Source of the DNA: Dipteris shenzhenensis
Taxonomy: Eukaryota
Reading direction: 5' to 3' (one strand)
Length of the DNA: 64,000 bases
Assembly: GCA_047967505.1 (NCBI GenBank)
Contig: CM106538.1
Of the stretch, positions 14,145 to 27,379 are shown piece after piece. The notes under the pieces were generated by a model. The model was given only the letters and a program-made list of their open reading frames with translations. It made no database searches and was not told the DNA's origin. A program made the position numbers and the translations under genes. Each line of letters opens with the position of its first letter. Position 1 is the stretch's first letter.

Positions 14145-17100
14145 CTAACACCCTCAATGTCCACCCATAGGTGAACTACTTCCTTGACCAATGTCAAGTG
14201 TCAAAAGATAAGCTATAAGTTGATCGTCCTAAGCACCTTGGTGAAGATATCTGCTTCATTTTTCTATGTTGTGGATAGTAGACTAATTCCACTATCCCAT
14301 CCTCAATCAACTCGCACACATAATGACATCGCATTTTTATTTTATGCACATGGAACACCGTATTTTTGGTAATGGCCATGCAAATTTGAATTGTCTCACC
14401 TCAGTAGAGTTTCCTCATCCTCTTGCATTCCCATCTACCATAAGATTGTCCTTAGCCACACTGCTTCACATGCAACAAAGCATGTTGCCTTGTACTCATC
14501 CTTAGTAGAAGATAATGCTATTGTCCGTTGTTTCTTGCTGATCCAAGAGAAGATGCTCAAACCCAAAGAGAAACGATATCTAGAAATTGTTTTCCTAGAA
14601 TCAATGTCTCTAGACCAATTTGAGTCGCAATGACCAACCAAAGCACCATAGGTGATGCCCTAATCAAGAGTTCCCATGAAATACCTAAGCACTTGTATCC
14701 ATTCATTCCAATGATTCTCATGAGGCTTGTTAGAGAACCTACTTAAAATGCCAACAACAAAATTGATATATGGTCTAGTGTTGCAAAAAAATGAGACTAC
14801 CATCCAACTTCATGTACCTCTCGATGTCTATTGGTGGTGAGGTATCCTCCCTAGATAACCTCACATTGACCTCCATAGGTGTAGCTATCTCTTTGCACTT
14901 AGACATGCCAAATGCCTTCAATATCTCCTCCGCATATTTTTGATGAGAGATGATCTTTCCTGGCTCTTGCTTGACTTCAATTTCTAGACAATAGTGCATC
15001 AAGCCCAAGTATGTCATCCCAAAATCAGTGCTCAATTCCTCTCTAGTCTATTGGATCACATCTTCATAGTCACCTATAATAAGAAGGTCATCCACATACA
15101 GAACAATAGCAATAGAGTCCACTTTCCTTGTACATATACAATTCATCATTTGAGGCACATCTTTTGAAGTTTAATTATAAATAAATAAAAATCTATCTAT
15201 TGGTACAACACTCTCAACTAAATTATTTGTAGCACATTTAGTTTTATCTTTTTTAGAGAATTTCTCCCTTGATCTCTTGCAGGTTTAGTAAAGTATATGT
15301 AACATAGCACATGCATTCAATAAAAGGAGTTTTATACTCTTAATAAGTTACAAAATTAAACATACACAAGGGGTACTTAAAATCTATTTGGTTGAATGCA
15401 CATGATATATGAGTTTTTCACATAGTGGCTCCATAGTGGACCCCTCAAGGGGGCCTCAAACCTTGGTGGTTGATCCACTTACACCTCCTCATTAAGTTCA
15501 TCAATCAAGAATGCTATTTCTACCTCCATTTGGTAAATTAGACACTTCTTATGAGTAGCCATCAATAGTAATGTGTGAATAGTGGTTATTATTTTAATCA
15601 AACTAAAGGATTCATGAAAATCAAACCCTTCTACCTTCAAAAATCCTTACCCAACCAATCTAGCCTTGTACTTTTTAAAAGTCCCATCGGCCTTATACTT
15701 TACCTTCTAGACCCACTTGGTGCCTTTGGTGTTCAATCCACTAACTCCCACATTTCATTCTTCATGAGGTCATCATATTCTACTTGCATAGCATCTTTCC
15801 AAGCTGAATCGGTAAGTACTTTGTCCACACTAGTTGGATCCTCTATTGAATCCATCATAATTCCAACTATTAAGGCCATATTGACTCTATGAGCAGAAGC
15901 CCTCCTTTGCTCCTCTATTCTCTAAGATTACCTTGGTCCATTGCATGGTAGTTAATAGACACATGCATCTGATTATTATTGTCATAGAGCTACCTTACCC
16001 ATCTCGACAATGGCTTTTATGGTGGCATAATGATAGGTTGGTGATTTATACCTTCGTCATGCTTCCTCCTTCTTTATAATAGGAATAGATCCTGGGATAG
16101 GTCCATAATGAACTACTTCTTTACTTGATAAGTGGAAGGAGTCTCCTCTATGTCCACTACATGTGGCTACTCCATGAACCCCACACTACAGCTCACTATG
16201 ATCTTTGCCTCTATGTCATATAAAGTTGTAGTCCTTCTTCTCATAACTGTAGCCTAAGAGGATACATTTGGTTGTAGGTTGTTTCTTTCTTTGTCTAGAA
16301 CATGCACATACCATTCACATCCAAATGTTTTGAAATGGGAAACATAAAGATTCTTACCATAGTAGGCCTCAAGTGATGTTTTACCCTTGAGCACCTTCGT
16401 GTAGCTTTGATTGAGAATGTAGACTACAGTGTTACCAACCTCAACCCAAATTGGTTGGGAAATCCCTTGACTTTCAACATATACCTTGCCATATCCACAA
16501 TTTTGGCATTCAATAACACCATTATGTTGAGGCATATGTGCTTGTGCTTTATGACACTTGATCCCTTTTCTCTCAGAGAAGTCTTCAAACTTAATAGTTG
16601 AAACAAACTCAACACCACAATCTATTCTGAATTTCTTCACTCTTTTCCTTAGTTTATGTTCAACAAGCTGTATTCATTCTTATGATTTACCAAAGCTTGA
16701 GCCTTATCACAAAGGAAGTACACCCACATCTTTCTACTATAATCATCAATGACCAATGAGAAATAACAAGATCCCCCCAAGGTTTGTGTAGGCATCTTAC
16801 CACACAAGTCGGCATGCACCAACTCTAGAGGAGCCTTTGTTTTATTTTTTCTTTCTTGTGAAAATGGTTTTCTTTGTTACTTGACCATCATGAAGGCTTC
16901 ACATGGTAACAAAACCTTGCTTATGCATCTCCCTTAGCATTGCAAATCTAATGTATCCAAAAATTTTATGCCTAAGTCTGCTTGTGCCCACTCCAATGGT
17001 GGGTGTAAGAGCACTTAGATCATACAGGTTTTCCTTCTCTCTCATTTTCCAACCACCTTGCCAACACTATCAATAAATTTTACTCCTCTCTTGGTGAACG

Positions 17101-18066
17101 TTGCCTCATAGTCAAGATCAATTATAGATGCTACTGATAGAAGATTTCTCTTAACTTGTGGAACATACTAGCTTCTTAATTTTTCCATTTGCAAAAATAA
17201 AGGAAATAGTACATGTGTCCTTAGTAGGGCATTTTGCATTGTTGCCAACCATCATAGTGATGGTTTTCTATAAAGGTTGCATGGAATTGGATAGACCCTT
17301 CTTGCAGGTCATGGGGAGTTCATGTGATGGGAGGCTCCACTATCCAACAAGCAAAAAAATCCTCAAATGTCAATGGTTGGGGCCTCACCTAAGTGTTAAG
17401 TGCCATTACCAATCCGTCAAACTTTGATGGACATATCCACAAACACCATCGAGCTAGCTCTTCATTAGTATTTTGTATCCTAGTGCAAACCATCTGGTCA
17501 CCTAGATTCTTTATCCAAGTGATGAATGCCTCTACTGTCTCTCCTTCAAGAAACTTCTCAGCTATGGGCTGATTCTCCAAGTTCTAAATCCTTGTTTGAT
17601 TCTGTGTCTCATACTGACTCTTTAATATGTTCCAAGCCTCAAGTGCCTTAAACATATCTGAATAAAGGTCAAAACATGATGGTTAAAAGTACTTATAACT
17701 AGGATAAATAGAGCATCCACATTCTTGCGTGTCCAATCTCATAGAAGATTAGCATTTGGAGAAATTGTTCTCCATGGATGTGGTGGGTTGAGGGTTGCTT
17801 GTGGCTTTTGCTCAATACCTAGCACCATCTATAAAAGCTCATATGAACTAAGAATAGAAATAATTTTGAAATTCCACAAAGTGTAGTTTGTACCACCTAA
17901 CTTTCCTTTAGTGAAGGTTGGTAAGTGAGTCCTTAACATTTAAATTGGTGGAGCAACTACTAGACTAGCTTGGCTTTGTGATGCAACCATCACTCTTTGC
18001 ATGATGTTGAAGACCTTGCCTCTCTTCTACCCTTTGACCCTTAAAGTCACCTAGGATTTGATACCA
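14145..18066 (-). mobile_element. Old, heavily degenerate Ty1/copia element (copy E, different family)
   Basis: PBS-like TGGTATCAAATCC at 18054-18066. Gag GKLGGTNYTLWNFK at ~17880, integrase at 16254-16850 (PQHNGV..FKTFGC), RT at 14775-15800, RNase H at 14170-14640 (CDSNW..SWISKKQ..ALSS). Confidence 0.85.
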
Positions 18067-18454
18067 TGTAAAATTACATGGCACACTGGAACATAATCTA
18101 AACAAATAACACATTGATGGCTTCATCCACTCATAGACTCCCATAGTGGAACTTAGATGGTGATCTAGATAGATAGGTTAATGCACCACCTCTAGGTCCT
18201 AGAGTGCCTAGTAGGCTACATCATTGTGATAGTAGAGCCATTAATCTTTGGCATTGCATTTGAACTATGAATGGGGTGGTTGATCATGCTTTAAAGACAT
18301 TTCTCCCTTTAGCCCAAATGATTATAAAAGAATGGCAGTCAAATATTTAGCCAGTCGTGCCCAAGAGGTGAGAATTGGATGACTAGACCACATGCTCTAA
18401 AAAAGTTCCAGACATTCTGGACATTAGCAGTGTCTAGGATACGATGCTTGCAGA

Positions 18455-18640
18455 TGTAAAGAATAAGGGAGAGAGAGAGGAGACTCAAGTGCAGATTTCT
18501 TCACAACACACAAAAGAGAGAGGACACAAGGTTGGAGGGTGAAGCCTTTCTTCACTTTTGCAGACAACAACAATACAATAGAAAAGGGAAATACCCTATA
18601 TGTCAAACCCTAGAATACGTGGTTCATATGTGAACCCAAA
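18455..18640 (-). repeat. Partial LTR (186 bp) of the main copia family, inverted and fused to the 5' LTR of copy B
   Basis: Its reverse complement matches 18753-18938 with 4 mismatches by eye. Confidence 0.92.
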
Positions 18641-20825
18641 GTTGAGATATCAAGCTCTACCCCCGATATATCTCCTGGATGACTATCATTTATGTCACTG
18701 CCTATGTTAGTTGTAATCGTGGTGTAGTTAGACTACCACGTATGTTTTTTGGTTTGGGTTCACATATGAACCACGTATTCTAGGGTTTGACATATAGGGT
18801 ATTTCCCTCTTCTATTGTATTGTTGTTGTGTGCAAAAGTGAAGAAAGGCTTCAACCTCCAACCTTGTGTCCTCTCTCTTTTGTGTGTTGTGAAGAAAGCT
18901 GCACTTGAGTCTCCTCTCTCTCTCCCTTATTCTTTACATGGTATCAGAGCCTTGTTCATGGTAAGGAGCTCAAGAAAGCAAGCCAAGTTTGTGGTGTCCT
19001 AGTAAGAGGACCAGTGTTGCTTTCCTATTTCGAGTTTGGGAGCAAATCTCTGCAGGTAGCATAGCCAGAAGTGCAGGAGTGCACTGTTTCAGATTGAGAG
19101 GCCCTTCGCGGTGTGGCGAGAGCGCAGTATATGCTGTGGGAAAAGGCGAAGCCTTTAGTGACTTTATTTTTTTGATTTGAGGCCGTTTTGGGGCCCGTTT
19201 TGAAGGCGGAAGTTCTTCGCAGGCACTCAGAAAAAGGCCCTGTTTTTCGCTGTGCGACCACTGCGCGGCTAGTCGGTGAAAAGGTGCCACAGAAATTGCA
19301 TCGTATGCCTGTGTGCAGAGATATTGGGAGTTGCAGATTCATGCCTGTTGCCTGTTGATGCAAAATCGTCACTAGGAAGTGACTGTGTGGTGAAATACCA
19401 CTTTCGTCAGTGTTGCGGATCTGCCCCTGTGAGGCTGTTTGCAGAAGTTTTGCTATTTGCCCTTGTGAGGCATTTGCTGTGTTTACAGGTTGCTGTTGCA
19501 ATTCGTGATTTGTAAAATGTCTGAGAATTTGTCTACCATTGTCAATGAGAAGCTTGACAAGAACAACTTCCAAGCATGGAAGTTCAGGATGACAAACTTC
19601 CTTATGGGAAAGGGAGTTTGGGATTACATCAGTGGTGAAACTGCAGAACCAGTTTTGGGTGCTGCTTCCACTCCTGCTGAATTGAAGGCCTTTAAAGAAT
19701 GGCATGAAAAAGCCAGAAAATGCTTGTATTGGCTGTCTGTTAGCATTTCAGATTCTATGATTGTGCATATACAGGATGTAGAGATGCCTAAGGAGGCATG
19801 GGATACATTGGTGAAGCTGTATAGCACAAATACCAGAGCACGAAAGATGCAGCTAAAGCAGGAGTTGCACAATGTGCAAAGGAAAAACATTGTTGCAGGT
19901 TTGCCTAAATTCAGAGTTGAGGGAATGCAAAAGGTATGTGAAGCATGCCAAATGGGTAAGCAGGCCAGACATGCATTTCCCAAAAATGCTAAGGTGAGCA
20001 GAAGACCTTTGGAGGTGATCCATTCAGATGTTTGGACAACCAAAGCTGCTTCTATTGGTGGATGCCATTATTATGTGACGTTTATTGATGACTACACTAG
20101 GAAGGTGTGGATTTATTTTATGAAGCACAAAAGTGAAGTGTTCAGCCATTTCAAGGCTTTTAAGGCCATGGTTGAAAAAGAGAAAGGTGTGCATATTAAA
20201 GTGCTAAGATCTGATGGAGGGGGAGAGTACTTTTCAGAAGAATTTTGTGAATATCTGAAAGAACAGGGAATTCAAAGGAAGTACTCATGCAGGTCTACCC
20301 CTCAGCAGAATGGGGTTGCAGAAAGGAAGAACAGGCATATTGCAGAAGTAGGACGGGCGATCCTAAATGAGAAAAACATGCCTGATTATTTTTGGGCTGA
20401 AGCAGTAGCAACTGCTATTTATATTATGAACAGAACCCCCACTGCAGCTGTCCATGGCATGACGCCTGAAGAAATGTATACAGGCCAAAAACCAGATATT
20501 TCTCACTTGAAGGTATTTGGTTGCATAGCTTATGTTCATGTTCCTGATGAGAAGAGAACAAAGCTGGATCCAAAGGCAGAAAAATGCATCTTTATTGGAT
20601 ATGCTCTGCACTAGAAAGGGTATCGCTATTATAACCCTTCCACCCGCAAAATGCAAGTGAGCAGAGATGTTGTTTTTGATGAAATGAGCAGCTGGTATGC
20701 ACCAACTGTTATGGTAGGAGATGCAGATGCAGGAAATGGGAATGCTGCAATAAATGCAGAGCAGCAATCTCAAGCCTTGAGTGGACCCAGAGAGTCTTCT
20801 ACTAGTGGATCTAATGCATGGACAG
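18641..20825 (+). mobile_element. Internally deleted, 3'-truncated Ty1/copia (copy B)
   Basis: LTR 18641-18938, PBS TGGTATCAGAGCC at 18939-18951. Leader and coding sequence are near-identical to 52447-57891. Homology stops at 20825. Confidence 0.95.
19517..20614 (+). pseudogene. Gag-N/integrase fusion ORF of copia copy B (365 aa)
   Basis: MSENL..LHNVQRKN is joined in frame to IVAGLPKF..integrase core. Ends at a CAG>TAG stop (20612-20614) relative to the intact copy. Confidence 0.85.
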
Positions 20826-23056
20826 TATGCATGGTCGAGTACTAAGGATTCAAGCTCAAGGGTAGCTTGGTAAGGGGATTGTTCATGCTCCATCTGGTTG
20901 AGTAGTGGCACGGAGATGGTACGTGAAGATGAAGGTGTGGCAGAGTGGGGGATGATAGATGACACTTTGTCAATTAGTTCTTCAGTAGAAAAGATGTCAT
21001 GGATGCTGATGGAGTGCAAGGAGGTGGTGGACATGTAGTGTGATGTTGAGCAAATGTGATTTGGAGAGTGTTTGAAGGCGGTGGAAATTTGAAAGAAATT
21101 TTGGCAGAGTTTTGGTATGAGAGCAAGTGAGGTCCTGTAGAATGAGGGTGGCTATTTATATAGGGGACTTGTTAAAGTAGCCGGTCAGCTTTAGCAATAG
21201 CGCAGTGACTGCAATGCATTAGTAGGGACATATAGCAATGACTCAACATTAATAAAGCAATAGATAAGTGTTATTATAGTAGTAGTTAGCTTTATTAAAG
21301 CAACTATTGGCATTAGTGGGATGGTGTGTCGCTACGTTAGAGGTGGGGCCATTATCGATAAAGCAGTGAGTGGTGTTAATATGGTTGCACTGACTTCATA
21401 TTTAGAGAAATGGGTGGGGAGTCATTGTGTTATCCATAAAGCAGTGCGGCTGAGATAGTCATCGTGTTATCAGTCTCGCTGTGTTATTGTTTTAGCAGTG
21501 ACTCAATTTTATGGGCTCTAATTAGGAATTTGATTGCTTAAATGACTTCTCTAGGCTTCACCTACTATGTGAAAGTGCATGTGAAGTGGTACAGATGATG
21601 TGGCGGTGGAAGTTGAAAGTATTATGATGTGACCCTAGCCGTGTGTTGGTGAGTGAGTGACTTGGTGAATGGAGTGTGAGTGATCATGCCTGTGGAGCCT
21701 AGTCACCTAGTGGAGATGGACTAAACCCTTATGGAGTGGAGGACATCACAAGGAATGGTACAGACTCAATTTTATCAGAAGATGATGTGACATCGACCAT
21801 ACCCTATTCTCACCTATGACGTTGACTCACTATTCTCACGTAGACCCCGTGCATGGATGATGGACGTAAAACCTTAAGATTTTGAATACCTTGCATCTCT
21901 CTAGGCAGCATACTTGCTTAGTGCACCTATACAGAGCATTTGGGAAGCTTGGAGAAGTGGTGTCACTTGTTCATTGGTGCCTTCTTTAACTGATTGTAGC
22001 ACGCTTGAAGCTCGTCATAAACTTGTGGATCCATCGATATCCAGAGATTGTTGTGAGGGAATTAGTGTTTTTGTTCAAGTTCTTGTGGGTCAGTCACCAT
22101 TTTAGGGATAGGTTCTTGTGGGTCTACCATGTTGGGTGTTGGTGTCAAATCATACGGAAAGGATGAGATTGAGGGGATACATTTCGAAACACAGTAGGCC
22201 TCACCCTTCCCTTTGAGCACATCAGGTTCTTGTGTTATTGTCCCCTTTCTAGGGACAAGTTCTTGTGTAACTACCACATCCGCTCGTGTTGCTGATTCTT
22301 GAAGCATATCATGTGAGGGTACAAGGGAGGGTCCCATGGTTGTATATTTCTGTATTTGCCTATGAGCTTCCAACAGTAGGCTCTTGTGTATCTATCTCAT
22401 TTTTAAAGGTAGGTTCTTATGGCACTACTATGGTCTTTGCCATGGATGATGTAGGGCATTGATTCGTACACATTAGAGAGTTGCATGCTATGCAGTTGTT
22501 GCCATGGTAGAATCCTTGAGCTTCCTGCAACTTTTTGGGTATCCGCCGAGAGTGTTGTTGATGTTGGCCTTTCATTGGCTATTTGTATTTGGCAAGGTTC
22601 CATTGTCATTGGTACATCAACACAAAGGAATGCTTCTTATACATATTGGATTTATATTTGGCAAAGTTTTGTTTCCATTGGTACATTAGCACAAAGGAAT
22701 GTGACATACCACACTAGTCCATGGTGCTCAAAGTTGTTAGGCCCCCATTATGAGAAGTCATATGTCAGCTTGCACCTTGAATGAATCCTGACTTTCATGT
22801 CATATGAGGTTTATAATGAGACCGTTGGTGGTAAAAGGTGATGATAAAGAGAATATTCCCTAAATATTCTCTAGTTAACTAGTCAATTCCCACCAACCAC
22901 TGAGTAGTCAGTTGCCACCAACTAGCACCCATGTAGGCTATAAAGAAATGACCCTACCAAGCCAGTTGTATTAGATCAGCCAGCTAGTGAGCCCTTCACC
23001 TAGTATCTATCTAGAGCACCATCTAAGCTCCACTATGGGAGCACACACGTGGACAA

Positions 23057-26000
23057 TGTAAAGATTGCAGGAGAGAAAGGGAGGAGACTTGCTTGCAACT
23101 TTCTTCACAACACACAAAAGGGGAAGTCACAAGAAAGGGGGATGAAGTCTATTCTCCTTCTTACTTGAAAATAGCACACAACAACATAACAACAAGAGAG
23201 AGGGTATACCCTATATGGTTAATTCTAAAATACATGGTCCATATGTGAACCCAATCCAACATATGTGGCAGTATAACTACACCACATCTATAATCAAACA
23301 TGCACTGACATAAATGATAGTCACCAAGAAGGTATATCAAGGGTTGAGCTTGATATCTCAACACTCCCACTCAATCTCAAATCCATCTCACGTACACCAA
23401 GCAAACCTCTGAATCTACAAAGCTTCTTTATACTCAATTTCTTCGTAAAGACATTAAGCACTTGATCCTAAGTGTGGACAAAAACAAGATCAATCTCATA
23501 TGCTAGAACCTTCTCCCTCACAAAGTGATAATGCACCTCAATGTGCTTTGTTCAAGCACATTAGAATGGATTGTTAGCAAGCATAGTGATGCTAATGCTG
23601 TCATAATAAATGACAACTGCTCCATGTACTGACTGGCCCATATCTGCAACAAGTAGCTTTTAAACAAAGCTACCTCACATGCAGCCCATAGATGCACACC
23701 TGCACTCAACTTTTGTGCTCAACAAGGCAAATGTTGGCTTCTTCTTGCTACTCCCATTGACTATAGCACTCCCCAAGGATCTCATGTCTAAGATGCTACC
23801 ATCCAATCAGCATTTGTGTACCCATGTATCTCAATGGGCCCCCCAGCCTCAAAATAGTCCATAATGCAAGGTGAATTTCACATACCTCAATATGCACCTA
23901 GCCACTTCCAAATGGGGCTTCCTTGGCACCAACATGAACTGACTCACCAGCCCCACAACATAGCTCAAATCTAGCCTATTGATAGTCATGTTAATCAAAC
24001 TACCTACTATGCGTCTATACATAGTAAGGTCTTCACGAAGGGTTTAAAAAGCTCACTTGTATTTGTAGTGAGCTTCACATTTTGCTCAAATGGAACAAAA
24101 ATAGTCTTACAACTCATCCTCCCATACTTAGACAACATATCCAATCCATATTGCCTCTGCAGTAACCATATCCCACTGGAGATCTAATATCCTCAATTTC
24201 CAAGAAGTGACAAAGCTCTCCCAAATCCTTCATCTCAATTTTTTGCTTTAAAAAAGGCTTCACTTCATTGGTATATGCATCACTCTCACCTATGATAATC
24301 AAATCCTTAACATAGATGACTACTATCAGCACAATCCTTTTCACATAAAGTGAAAAATCTATATTGGAAATATGAGATCCAATGGTGACAAGATATTGCC
24401 CAATCTTTCTAACCATGCTCGGGCACCTACTTCAAGCCATACAAGGCTTTGCACCCAGGGGATTTGCTATTAGTAATAAAGAGACGTCACATGTGAGCAT
24501 AAAAGACGTGAAAACTACCCCTATATACCCCTTTCTATGGAACTTCTTTTATAATGTACTCTTTCTCCCTTCAAAAATCCCACTCCCTTAAACTTACATG
24601 ATTCCATGCATCATTCATGGTGAATCCCTGGGATTTACGCAACTTGCATACAAAGTTGTGATGTGCAACATCCTCATATCCTTCTGGCTACACCATATAC
24701 ACTTCTTCTTGCAAGTCACCATGCAAGAAGAAATTATTCACATCCATTTGATGCAAAGACCATCCTTTTGCATTAGGCCTAGCAATAATTGTTCTCACAG
24801 TTGCTATCCTTGCAACCGGATTGAAAGTTTCCTTATAATCAATGTCATATGTTTTCACAAATCCTTTTTCAACCAACCTGCCTTATATCTGCTCACATAA
24901 CCATCTGCATTGTAGTTAACTTTGTAAACCCACTTGACACCAATAGCCTTCTTATCCTGAGGCAAAGGCATCAAATTCCAAGTGTGGCTTGCATACAATG
25001 CTGCTATCTCCTCATCCACCATGGTTGCATCTCACTATTTTTGCCCAATTTCATCCTCAAAGCATGTGGGCTTTGGTTCTTGTATACCTTTGACCATGTA
25101 GGTATAGTAATGGGCTGTAAACCCATCATACTTCAATCGACCAACTGGATACTTCACACGTGTGGACTTGCATACACTTGGATCACTTCTAAGAGTCTTC
25201 AATTCATTCTTTACTTTCCTTTCCCTAGGAGTAACCACAGAAGGAATCACAAGTTCCTCATCAAGGCTCATTTTAGAGCCACTTGACTCTCCATCCACAT
25301 GAGAGTTACCAATAGAAATATCAAACATTGGTGCATGGTCCACCTTTTCCTTTCCCTTGTGTGATACTTGCATTCCACTATCTATAGTACCATCAGTAGA
25401 TCCACTTGATGCCAGTCTCCCTATCCTTTACATTGGATCCACTGCTAGAGGACTCACCAAGTTCACTCAAAACTTGTGATTGTTGCTGTCCATTTGTTGC
25501 AGCTCTAGTATTTTCTTCATCTGCATCTTTTAACACTTTTGGAAGTGAATAAAAACTCATTTCATAAAAAACCACATCTTTTCTCACTTGAATTTTGTGA
25601 GTGGAAGGGTTATAATAACGATACCTGAGTCTACTACATAGAAAACCCAATGAAGATTCACTTTTTTGCATTTGGATCCAACTTTCTTCTCTTCTCATCA
25701 AGAACATGAACATAAGCTACATAATCAAATACTTTCAAGTGGGAAATATCTATTTTTCTGCCTATAAACATTTCTTCAGGCATCATACCATGGACAATTA
25801 TAATGGGGTTTCTGTTCATGACATAAACAATAGTTGCTACGACTTTAACCCAATAATAATCTGGCATATTCTTGTCATTCAACAAAGAACATCCCAATTC
25901 TGTAGTATGTATGTTCTTTCTTTCTACAAGCCCATTTTGTTGAGAAATAGATCTACATAAGTATTTTCTCTGAATATTCAATTCCTCCAAATATTCATTG

Positions 26001-26412
26001 AATTCATTTGAGAAATATTATCCCTCTCCATTAGATCTTAATTTTTTTATATGCAGTCCCGTTTCCTTTTCCACCATAGCCTTAAAGCTCTTGAAGTGGC
26101 TGAACACTTCACTTTTCTCTTTCATGAAGTGGACTCACATCTTCCTTGAGTATAATCATCAATAAAGCTGACATAGTATTTGCAACCTCTAATAGATGGT
26201 GTCTTTGTAGACCACACATCATTGTGAATGATCTCCAAGGGTCTCTTACTCCTATGCTCATTGCATGGAATCGGTCTTCTGGCTTGGTTTTCAAATTGAT
26301 AGGCTTTAGCATATTGTTGACTTTGAACTTAGGCAATCATGCCACAATAATGTGTTTGCATAGATTTCAGCCATTGTATATTCAGGTGCCCAATGCACTT
26401 GTGCCATACCCA
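23057..26412 (-). mobile_element. Older degenerate copia of the main family (copy C): 3' LTR, RNase H, RT, integrase; 5'-truncated
   Basis: 3' LTR at 23057-23363 (TG...GATATCTCAACA) with a PPT-like tract next to it. Collinear with the intact copy but with many stops and frameshifts. Confidence 0.92.
24456..24630. mobile_element. ~175-bp MITE-like insertion in the RT of copy C (hAT-like CAGGG ends)
   Basis: Absent from the equivalent position of the intact copy. Ends are CAGGGGATT / AATCCCTG. Flanks are degenerate repeats of GGCTTTGC. Confidence 0.5.
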
Positions 26413-27379
26413 TAGGATGTTTGTGTTAGACAATTGTAGCCTTATCTTTTATGAAAGCTATATGCTTTGCTTTTTGTGATAAAAGCATATGCATTACTCA
26501 TTAAATCCAAGATGAAAGACAAGTGAATGCTCAAGGGATGCATAGAAGAAGGGATCTAGAAAAGAAGCACATCATTGGATCTGGGAGGTAAAGGCATGTT
26601 TAGACCTTTCATGTATATAAATTGGAATATTGCATTAATAAATTTACAGCCCCCAAACATTATTCCAAAATAATAAATTAATGTGTCAAGCTCATTTGAA
26701 CAAGCATATCTCCTTTAGCCCACTAGCTCAAGAATATGTTCTTCATCCTACTTCTTAAGCATATTTTGTTTAAAGTAAGAAGGAATTCTATAATAAAAAT
26801 TATATTCCATAGACATTGTTTCACACTAATTGAATGATTTGTCATAACCTCCATTAAACAATAGAATAATCTATCATAACCTCGAACAATCATATGTCCT
26901 TCTGCCAACTATCCTAAGTATCTCCTACTTGAATAAGTAAGAAGGAATGCTGCTTTAATAAAAGCCCCCAAACATTGTTCCAAAAACCATAATTAACTAT
27001 CTTAAAGATGATTCATAAACAACAAGCTTGAATGGTATGGCAATAAAATACAAACCTATCTTGTAAAAGAAATAAAGATAATGCAATCTCAATCTCAGCA
27101 TAATCACCCACAAGGCTAAAAAACCATGAACGTATTGTAATTATCATCCTCCAAGACCAGGACTATGAGAGTTCAAATAAATTGAGAAAACTACATAGTC
27201 TCAATCCCTCTTTTTGGCACTCCTCTTGCACCAGGGATAAGGTGTCCACTTTGTCCATCTCTTCTTTATACTTACACTAGTACTCCTCCTACACAAGAAC
27301 CACCTACAAATTCTTAAGATAACATGTGGCTTTTACAAAGCATTGCAATGCAAGGAATATATATCTCTAAAGCACTTAC

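Noticed and set aside
20826-23056. Possible gene or element between copia copies B and C
   Set aside because: Only LTR-like fragments (22990-23050 resembles 18138-18176 inverted) and short ORFs without motifs, so it cannot be classified.
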